Origin: a virus | Lineage: Duplodnaviria > Caudoviricetes | Reading direction: 5' to 3' (one strand) | Length of the DNA stretch: 36,604 nucleotides | Virus record (IMG/VR): IMGVR_UViG_3300044724_002210 | Coordinates: 1-36,604 of that record | Shown: positions 1 through 5,993 of the stretch, in pieces | Position numbering within the stretch: the first letter of the stretch is position 1 | Layout of the letters: every line of letters starts with the position of its first letter | Notes under the pieces: generated by a model | The model's input: only the letters and a program-made list of their open reading frames with translations | Told to the model about the DNA's origin: nothing | The model's database searches: none | Made by a program: the position numbers and the translations under genes

Positions 1-2107
1 CAGGAGTATCAGAACGTTTAATCTCTAAACCCATTGCTTTTAGTTTACCGCCTTCAGGCTGATAGCCTTCAATGTCTAAACATAATATACCATATCGCTT
101 CTTAGTTAAAAACAATCCTGCTCTGCCTACAACTTCTCTACCTGCAATCATTACAGCACCACGTTCTAAAGGCACATTAAATGTATCCTTTAAAAACTTA
201 GGGAATGTGTCACTAACTGTATCAGATACATGATCATATAACTTAATAGCACTATCCATATCTAGTTCTTGATCTTGCATTACTGGTGCCGCACTAAAGT
301 ATACAGAGTCAGTATCACCATAAATTATTGTTTCGCCTTCATAATCATAATCACCTGTAAACATTCTGTTTGTTTCAGCCGCCATATGTTTTGTAATAGC
401 TCTGCCTGTTAGTGTAGTACTTTGTCCTATACGTTTGTCATAGAACCTACAATGCGGATTAAGTATTGCACCATATAAACTGTTTAACTGAATCTTTTTA
501 ACTAACTGCCTTTTGTCCCAATAAACCTGTTCTGCGCCTTCTGATTGCTTTTTCTTCTTCTGCATACGTTGTCTATCAGTATACCAAAGTTCTAATAAAC
601 CAGGCACAATGCCTTGTACATCTGTTGTAAATATTGTGCCGTTAGCACTAATGTTCCAGGGTTGCCCACTATTAAAAACTAAGTTATAAACATCAGCACC
701 TGTTACTTCATGTACTCCGCCATCTTCCATTTCCAACTTCATCATATGGTCAACGTCTTTGCTTTTAACAAATTCAAACTCATTAGTACCAAACTTTCCA
801 TGCCATGCATCTGCAAAACTTTTCTTTTCTAACTTCTGTGCATTAGTAATTTCTTCTAATGTATAACTAGGATCTAATTGTCCTACAATAGTCTCAGGCG
901 CCATATTAAGAGCCCTAAACACACTAGGATATAGACTGTTTAAGTCCATACTGCCTACCCAGTCATGATATCCTTTCTTAGGCGTTGCCACAAAGGCACC
1001 TGCGGCACTATCACGTTCAGATGCTTTAGGCTTATCAGGCACTACCATATCACGTCTGTGTGCTTCATTTATAATTGCTTGTTCTGTTGTTGCTACAGCA
1101 CCCATAGTAGTTGGTATTAATACTGTATTTTCATGTGCAATAATATTTGCTAAGTCAACAAACTGTAATTTTTTATCTAGTTTGTCTAACAACATAACGT
1201 CTTGTATATTATATTCACAAAACTTTAGGAAGTCATGATTGTAAAGTCTATCTAAACTACCTTCATATGGAACTTTCTTCTCTCCAACTTCCATTTCACC
1301 AATGTAGTCCAACCTGTAACTATGTCTTTCTTCATAGTTGTATTTTCTGTAAAGCTCTAGATAATCTAAATGTATTCTGCCAACCAAATCATATGTAACA
1401 ACTTCACTACCAAACTTTTCATACTCTCTTCTCTTAGGCAGTTTTTTCATCAAACACATACGTCTTGTTTCTGCTTTACCTAATGTTTTAGTAATCCTGT
1501 TGACTGTATAAGGTATATCATATCCTTCTGAATTCCAACCACTTAGTACATCAGCATCTTCAATAATATCTAAAAATGTATCTAACATTTCCTTTTCTGT
1601 TTTAAATAACATAACTTCAGGCAGTGGTTTTACAATTTCTTGTGCCTGTTCCCAACTTAAAGTTTTAGGGGGTACTGCTAAACATATCATAGCATCTATC
1701 CATTGCATGTACACACCAATAGCAGTTATAGGAGTAAATGGATCAGAAGGACTACTATACCCACGTTGTGGATCAAAGTCTACCTCAATGTCAAAAAATG
1801 CTACATTTAGATCAGGAGCATCTGCGCCGTTGTAATGTTCTGCTAATACTTTATTAAGAGGCCTTATATCGCTCTCAAAAGTTTTATTGCTACTATGAAT
1901 ACCTAAGTTCTTCTTAAAGTCCTTTATGTTAGCACACCTTAGCTCAGTTACAGGATCTCCATAAATACTTCTATGTTTACCATGAGGATCTGAATAATAA
2001 AAATTATGTGTGGGACTTATTTCTTTTATAATACGTTTGCCATCGACACGCTCAACGACAGTAACAATGTCCTTGCCCTGATCATAAAATGCGTCAACGT
2101 AACTCAT
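1..2107 (-). CDS. Family B DNA polymerase (T4 gp43-like), C-terminus beyond window start
   Basis: Absent from ORF track; hand translation from ATG 2107 gives MSYVDAFYDQGKD... with ExoI FFDIEV, ExoII GWNSEGYD, ExoIII YNIQD, motif A DLNSLYPS, motif B KIQLNSLYG, motif C YGDTDS; frame open to window edge. Confidence 0.97.
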   Translation of the reverse strand, partial: MSYVDAFYDQGKDIVTVVERVDGKRIIKEISPTHNFYYSDPHGKHRSIYGDPVTELRCANIKDFKKNLGIHSSNKTFESDIRPLNKVLAEHYNGADAPDLNVAFFDIEVDFDPQRGYSSPSDPFTPITAIGVYMQWIDAMICLAVPPKTLSWEQAQEIVKPLPEVMLFKTEKEMLDTFLDIIEDADVLSGWNSEGYDIPYTVNRITKTLGKAETRRMCLMKKLPKRREYEKFGSEVVTYDLVGRIHLDYLELYRKYNYEERHSYRLDYIGEMEVGEKKVPYEGSLDRLYNHDFLKFCEYNIQDVMLLDKLDKKLQFVDLANIIAHENTVLIPTTMGAVATTEQAIINEAHRRDMVVPDKPKASERDSAAGAFVATPKKGYHDWVGSMDLNSLYPSVFRALNMAPETIVGQLDPSYTLEEITNAQKLEKKSFADAWHGKFGTNEFEFVKSKDVDHMMKLEMEDGGVHEVTGADVYNLVFNSGQPWNISANGTIFTTDVQGIVPGLLELWYTDRQRMQKKKKQSEGAEQVYWDKRQLVKKIQLNSLYGAILNPHCRFYDKRIGQSTTLTGRAITKHMAAETNRMFTGDYDYEGETIIYGDTDSVYFSAAPVMQDQELDMDSAIKLYDHVSDTVSDTFPKFLKDTFNVPLERGAVMIAGREVVGRAGLFLTKKRYGILCLDIEGYQPEGGKLKAMGLEIKRSDTP

Positions 2108-2130
2108 AGATGTGCTTTCCTCATACTGTG

Positions 2131-2159
2131 ATTATACAGTAGTTGTGGCTAAAAGTCAA
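2131..2159 (-). promoter_or_regulatory. sigma70-type promoter of DNA polymerase
   Basis: TTGACT-N17-TATAAT on minus strand. Confidence 0.85.
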
Positions 2160-2166
2160 TATACTT

Positions 2167-2430
2167 TTATAGTGTTTTGCCAACAGATTCCAATATAGTT
2201 TCAAGTTCATCAAATTTGTCGAACTCGTCTTGGAATTTGGCTTTGTGAGCAATTTTTACTGCCTTCATAAGAACACCTGGCTTGAGGTCCATTTCTTCTG
2301 CTATTGCTTTAACAGTTTCCCTTAGTCCTGTGCTTAGAGCGTCAACTTCGTGTAGAACTTGATCTCCTTCCTGAATTAATTTTTTAAGTCTTGCTACTTC
2401 TTCTTGATTAAATGTTTTATTAAATGCCAT
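2167..2430 (-). CDS. Small dsDNA-binding protein, T4 DsbA/GapR-like
   Basis: Likely start MAFNKTF (ATG 2430); helical pattern LKKLIQE...LRETVKAIAEEMDLKPGVLMKAVKIAHK...F resembles T4 DsbA family. Confidence 0.6.
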   Translation of the reverse strand: MAFNKTFNQEEVARLKKLIQEGDQVLHEVDALSTGLRETVKAIAEEMDLKPGVLMKAVKIAHKAKFQDEFDKFDELETILESVGKTL

Positions 2431-2644
2431 TTGTGTTTGTATCCTGTATACCAATATTTATTTGTAATGGTTCTATTATAACAGATCTTCCGGAAGTGTC
2501 AACATTTATATCAAAGACACCTTTAATTCCTGGAAACTGCTCAAAGGATATTACATTTAGGATTGACCTATCTGTGATTTGTTGGTTGGTTTTCTTGTCG
2601 TAGGCAATAAATTCATTGCCATTAAAATGGACTTCTATTATCAC
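2420..2644 (-). CDS. Hypothetical protein (74 aa)
   Basis: ORF overlapping both neighbours in operon fashion. Confidence 0.7.
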   Translation of the reverse strand: MIIEVHFNGNEFIAYDKKTNQQITDRSILNVISFEQFPGIKGVFDINVDTSGRSVIIEPLQINIGIQDTNTNGI

Positions 2645-2952
2645 TAAACTTCTACTGATGCTTCAAATGTAAACTTGACGTCAGGAAACTCTTCAAAAAG
2701 TTCATCTGATATTTTATCACCTTCTTCAGAGTCTATTTCATCCTGTAATACAATTTCGTAAATCCACATATCACCATCGTCATCTTCACTGGTATATGCC
2801 ATTACTTCTATACCCACTTTTGCTTTTTCTTCGTCATAAGCAGTAAGTAGTTTAGTTGGTACAACACTCTGTACAACATCAAAATACACAATAACGTCCT
2901 CATCACTGAGTTCTTCTCGTGTCAACATTCTTACAAAGTGTTTTATAAACAT
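2644..2952 (-). CDS. Acidic hypothetical protein
   Basis: Likely start MFIKHFVR at ATG 2952, TGATG-coupled to upstream small ORF. Confidence 0.75.
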   Translation of the reverse strand: MFIKHFVRMLTREELSDEDVIVYFDVVQSVVPTKLLTAYDEEKAKVGIEVMAYTSEDDDGDMWIYEIVLQDEIDSEEGDKISDELFEEFPDVKFTFEASVEV

Positions 2953-3089
2953 CAAAATATCCAAATAAGAACAGCCATTGTGATCATTCCCTTAAACCAA
3001 CTAGCCCAAGCGACTTGATACATAGACAAGTTATACTTTTCTATAAAGTCTAACGTTGCATCTTTATGCCATTCTATAAAATTTTTCAT
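2952..3089 (-). CDS. Small membrane protein (45 aa), not in ORF track
   Basis: MKNFIEWHKDATLDFIEKYNLSMYQVAWASWFKGMITMAVLIWIF*; fills the gap exactly, hydrophobic C-terminus, stop overlaps next ATG. Confidence 0.75.
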   Translation of the reverse strand: MKNFIEWHKDATLDFIEKYNLSMYQVAWASWFKGMITMAVLIWIF

Positions 3090-3094
3090 TACTA

Positions 3095-3421
3095 TTACTT
3101 ACCTTTACTAAATGCCTGAGCACCAAAGAATGCGGCAACAATACCTGCAACTGCTACAAAGTATGTGGCGGCCATATCGCCAAGTATTTCACTTGCTTGA
3201 TTTAAGCCAGCCAATACTGCTATTACTACTGCAAAAGGATACAGTAACATACCACTTAGTGCAAACCAAGCCATGCTACGTTGAGCATCACGCATAGCAT
3301 CCATATCCTCTAATTCTTTACGTTTGAACTCTAAATACATTGCCTCTTCGGCTTTACTTACTTTTCCATCACCGTTTGTATCAGCAGGATGAAATTCTTT
3401 CTTAACTGTGTCGTCTGCCAT
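3095..3421 (-). CDS. EF-hand-loop, two-TM membrane protein (holin-like candidate)
   Basis: DTNGDGKVSKAE matches the 12-residue EF-hand loop; two hydrophobic helices; basic C-terminus; GGGAG RBS. Confidence 0.7.
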   Translation of the reverse strand: MADDTVKKEFHPADTNGDGKVSKAEEAMYLEFKRKELEDMDAMRDAQRSMAWFALSGMLLYPFAVVIAVLAGLNQASEILGDMAATYFVAVAGIVAAFFGAQAFSKGK

Positions 3422-3449
3422 TGTATAACTCCCTAATTTGTTATACTAG

Positions 3450-3457
3450 TATTTATC
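3450..3457 (-). promoter_or_regulatory. T4-late-like promoter
   Basis: GATAAATA, recurring intergenic motif similar to T4 late TATAAATA. Confidence 0.7.
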
Positions 3458-3459
3458 AC

Positions 3460-3503
3460 AGAAAGAAAACCTCCTATAAATAAATTCATGATTTTCTAGG
3501 AGG
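3460..3503 (-). terminator. Intrinsic terminator-like hairpin
   Basis: CCTCCTA (3470-3476)/TAGGAGG (3497-3503) stem followed by TTTTCTTT on minus strand. Confidence 0.55.
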
Positions 3504-3612
3504 CTTCGTTCTAATCTGATCGATGTTTAAAGTCTCTGATCAGTATGACTTACAATTTAGGTTATGTGTTTAAAGTGGTATAACCAGACGCGAATGCCTA
3601 AGACACACTATA
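3504..3612 (-). ncRNA. Structured intergenic RNA with two hairpins sharing loop ACUUUAAACA (possibly manA-motif-like)
   Basis: GGTTAT/ATAACC (3560-3585) and CTGATC/GATCAG (3516-3543) stems with identical 10-nt loop core; family assignment is from memory only. Confidence 0.55.
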
Positions 3613-3616
3613 AAAA

Positions 3617-4282
3617 CTATTTTTCGTCTTCAATGAACTTAATACGGTTTACTACTGTTTCTTGTCCACCATGATATTTGCCTTTACTTTGGGATTTTAT
3701 AAATCCTTCAAGTGTTACTTGTTTTCCTGGTTCAATTTTTTTGTCTGTAAAAAATTTAAGTATATGCTGATCTTTTACACTACAGGTAACAATGTAGCTC
3801 ATTGTTCTAGGTATATATCTAGTAAATTCAACTGTTGCCTCTATTTTTTCTCTTTGATGTAGAGTACCAATATTTTGACTGGTTCTAGATAGTTGCATTT
3901 CTCGTTCTGTCCAATTATCTTGATCTACTTTGTTTAAGTAAACTTTAGGCAAACTGGCGGCTATACCTAACTTATCTTTTGCGATTTCTTTAGAGCTGAC
4001 TAGTTTTAATACGTTACTTTCAAATTCAGTAAGTTCACGCTCTAATGCTTTAAAACTAAGTCCTGTTAAATATTCTTTAACTTCAACTGCTATAGTTTTA
4101 TCTTTTTCAGTAATTGGAAATTTTTTATCAGTAAAGAAAAAATTGTATAATAAGTCACTATTACATGTTGACTTTTCATACTTTCTGTCAAATCTTACTT
4201 GATCTTTTTTAATGAATCCGTCATTAATTCTGTGTGCCGCACAACTTACTGCTAATACTTCTTCAATTGGAAATGTTTGCAT
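3617..4282 (-). CDS. Hypothetical protein, possible C-terminal OB-fold
   Basis: 221-aa ORF, AAGGAG RBS, own promoter; C-terminal GKQVTLEGFIK...QETVVNRIK beta pattern. Confidence 0.8.
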   Translation of the reverse strand: MQTFPIEEVLAVSCAAHRINDGFIKKDQVRFDRKYEKSTCNSDLLYNFFFTDKKFPITEKDKTIAVEVKEYLTGLSFKALERELTEFESNVLKLVSSKEIAKDKLGIAASLPKVYLNKVDQDNWTEREMQLSRTSQNIGTLHQREKIEATVEFTRYIPRTMSYIVTCSVKDQHILKFFTDKKIEPGKQVTLEGFIKSQSKGKYHGGQETVVNRIKFIEDEK

Positions 4283-4311
4283 TTTCTACTCCTTTACCAA
4301 ATATACTATAC

Positions 4312-4339
4312 ATTATAGCAAAATTTAAAAACTTGTCAA
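4312..4339 (-). promoter_or_regulatory. sigma70-type promoter
   Basis: TTGACA-N16-TATAAT with TGn extended -10. Confidence 0.85.
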
Positions 4340-4929
4340 GTATTATCTATAACTAAATTATAAATCTCTTCCCAATTTTTTACTACATTGGCATTACCTG
4401 TATAGTCCATATTGTGACCATGTTCTACTAATACACCGTTAAGTCCGTTGTCTATACCTGCTTTAAGATTCTCTGGTTTGTCTTCTATCCAGTAATTTCC
4501 AGGATATTTAGGACCATACTCAGCAAGTATCTCATCTTTATCTGCACCTGTGTCTAAACAAATTACCTCTATAAATGCATCTCCAAATAACTTTTTAAGA
4601 TTTCTTTCTCTTAAATATTTTGCATATGGATCTAAACTTAAACTAGTAATTGCTATAAACTTATACTGATGTTGCTCATGTAATTTTTTTACAAAGTATT
4701 GAGCGTCACGAAGTGGAGGGAGGAACCCTATTGCCGCACTTTCGTTAAACTGTTTAACTAATTTACTGCCTTGCTCTTTTGTAATACCGTATCTGTCACC
4801 AATGTTATACATGTACTGATACCCGTCAACTTTAGTATGCCCGTGATGTTCCATCCATATTGAAAAGCCCTCTTCCCAATCCAATACAACACCGTCGCAA
4901 TCTGTTAATATTATTTTGTTTTTATTCAT
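4336..4929 (-). CDS. HAD-superfamily 5'(3')-deoxyribonucleotidase-like phosphatase
   Basis: Motif I ILTDCDGV, motif II ITS, K, motif IV WIEDKPEN; start reassigned to ATG 4929 because its promoter lies at 4936-4964. Confidence 0.85.
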   Translation of the reverse strand: MNKNKIILTDCDGVVLDWEEGFSIWMEHHGHTKVDGYQYMYNIGDRYGITKEQGSKLVKQFNESAAIGFLPPLRDAQYFVKKLHEQHQYKFIAITSLSLDPYAKYLRERNLKKLFGDAFIEVICLDTGADKDEILAEYGPKYPGNYWIEDKPENLKAGIDNGLNGVLVEHGHNMDYTGNANVVKNWEEIYNLVIDNT

Positions 4930-4935
4930 ACGCAT

Positions 4936-4964
4936 ATTATACTGGAATCCTGAGTAAAAGTCAA
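4936..4964 (-). promoter_or_regulatory. sigma70-type promoter, leaderless configuration
   Basis: TTGACT-N17-TATAAT-N6-ATG. Confidence 0.85.
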
Positions 4965-4985
4965 TGGTTTTTGTTAAATAGTAGT

Positions 4986-5561
4986 ATGGCATTAAAAAAA
5001 TCTATAGCATTTCCTGACTACATTTTTGAGGGTCAATTAGAAATCCCACAAGGATTAAATAAAGAAATACAAAACAGTTTAAAATTAAATAAAGAATCAG
5101 GTATAACCACAGAAACTGTATACGGTTGGTTTACTAATAAGCAGTTTCCATGTGAGGGCATTATACCCCAAATTGCTAATTTAGTAGCAACAAATTTCGT
5201 TACTCATGTAGTAAGTAATTTTAATTTAAAAGTACATAGGGATATAAACTTACTAAATCCTTACTTGGTAAGTGTGCATCCTAACCATCAATATCCTATA
5301 AATACAGAACCTCAAAGGTGGTATAATGCTGGAATATTTTTACAAACAACAAATAAAGGAAGCCATCTTGTTTTAAATAACTTTAATTCTAAAATATTCT
5401 CAGGTCAAAATACACAAGACACACAGTTGTATATTAAACCAAAACAGTTTAAAGTAATTTATTGGCCAAGTCATATACCATGGGGACTAACACCAAACAT
5501 GAGTATGGTTGAAACAACTATGCTATTATCATCTTTTAGAGCTGACGGATTAAGAAGATAG
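4986..5561 (+). CDS. 2OG-Fe(II) oxygenase-fold (TIGR02466-like) protein, metal ligands apparently lost
   Basis: Likely start MALKKS (ATG 4986), 5 nt after GTTAAATA; IKPKQFKVIYWPSHIPWGLTPN resembles family pattern I.P.EG.LI.FPS.L.H.V.PN. Confidence 0.6.
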   Translation: MALKKSIAFPDYIFEGQLEIPQGLNKEIQNSLKLNKESGITTETVYGWFTNKQFPCEGIIPQIANLVATNFVTHVVSNFNLKVHRDINLLNPYLVSVHPNHQYPINTEPQRWYNAGIFLQTTNKGSHLVLNNFNSKIFSGQNTQDTQLYIKPKQFKVIYWPSHIPWGLTPNMSMVETTMLLSSFRADGLRR

Positions 5562-5562
5562 T

Positions 5563-5580
5563 GTGGCCCCGAAGGGCCAC
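5563..5580. terminator. GC-rich hairpin between convergent genes
   Basis: GTGGCCC-CGAA-GGGCCAC; C(UUCG)G tetraloop on minus strand; no strong U-tract. Confidence 0.7.
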
Positions 5581-5587
5581 GTTGCCT

Positions 5588-5752
5588 TTAAGGATAGAAC
5601 GGATTATCTGTAATATACTTAGGTAGCTCAGATGTTTGTTTTGAAACATTAACTACACGAGGAAACATTCTTTCCTGTAAATCAGATTTTCTTTGTTCTC
5701 TTCTAAGGGCTAGTTTGACTGCACGTTTGATTTGTGCATTTTGATTAGTCAT
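5588..5752 (-). CDS. Riboswitch-controlled 54-aa basic peptide, not in ORF track
   Basis: AAGGAG-N5-ATG; MTNQNAQIKRAVKLALRREQRKSDLQERMFPRVVNVSKQTSELPKYITDNPFYP*; followed by hairpin. Confidence 0.85.
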   Translation of the reverse strand: MTNQNAQIKRAVKLALRREQRKSDLQERMFPRVVNVSKQTSELPKYITDNPFYP

Positions 5753-5773
5753 GTCATCTCCTTTTACAAAGAT

Positions 5774-5836
5774 GCGTTCCTTCGGTCTAATTACCTACTT
5801 CCGTCGTCGCTCTACATTTAGAGTGGCGATGAACGA
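5774..5836 (-). ncRNA. Glutamine-I (glnA motif) riboswitch aptamer 2
   Basis: UCGUUCA-[P2]-CGGAAGUA-GGUAAUUAGACC-GAAGGAACGC; P1 CGUUC/GAACG and E-loop AGUA/GAA as in glnA motif. Confidence 0.88.
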
Positions 5837-5843
5837 GTTCAGT

Positions 5844-5903
5844 ACGTTCCTTCGTCACAATTGACTACTTCCGTTCACTGCTACATTTAGAGTGAATGAA
5901 CGA
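5844..5903 (-). ncRNA. Glutamine-I (glnA motif) riboswitch aptamer 1
   Basis: UCGUUCA-UUCACU...AGUGAA-CGGAAGUA-GUCAAUUGUGAC-GAAGGAACGU; same core as aptamer 2 with different but paired P2/P3 stems. Confidence 0.88.
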
Positions 5904-5923
5904 TGTAACTTGCGTTACAATAA

Positions 5924-5931
5924 TATTTATC
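5924..5931 (-). promoter_or_regulatory. T4-late-like promoter of riboswitch unit
   Basis: GATAAATA between upstream terminator and aptamer 1. Confidence 0.7.
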
Positions 5932-5939
5932 TTACAGAC

Positions 5940-5968
5940 AAAAAAAGGGCGGTTAAAAACCGCCCTTT
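5940..5968 (-). terminator. Intrinsic terminator after 1088-aa structural gene
   Basis: AAAGGGCGGTT/AACCGCCCTTT stem with T-tract on minus strand. Confidence 0.9.
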
Positions 5969-5993
5969 AAAGTTACTCCCTATATTCTAGGAA

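Noticed and set aside
3475-3499. Plus-strand TATAAATA-N5-ATG inside the hairpin
   Set aside because: ORF is only three codons (MIF*); could drive an antisense RNA but is unsupported.
4860-4992. ORF-track N-terminal extensions giving head-to-head overlap (also at 2454, 2964, 22626, 25034, 34029, 36533)
   Set aside because: Extensions run across promoters or neighbouring genes; downstream starts fit promoter, RBS or coupling better.
5774-5903. Two-copy direct repeat read as mini-CRISPR array or tRNAs
   Set aside because: Only two units with internal compensatory stems, no cas genes, no cloverleaf; fits the glutamine aptamer.
5904-5919. TGTA-N8-TACA matches the cyanobacterial NtcA box, at a repressing position as in gifA/gifB
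   Set aside because: Equally explained as a GCAA-tetraloop 5' hairpin; similar hairpins with other spacings follow other late promoters, and nothing here shows a cyanobacterial host. Revisit if the host is cyanobacterial.
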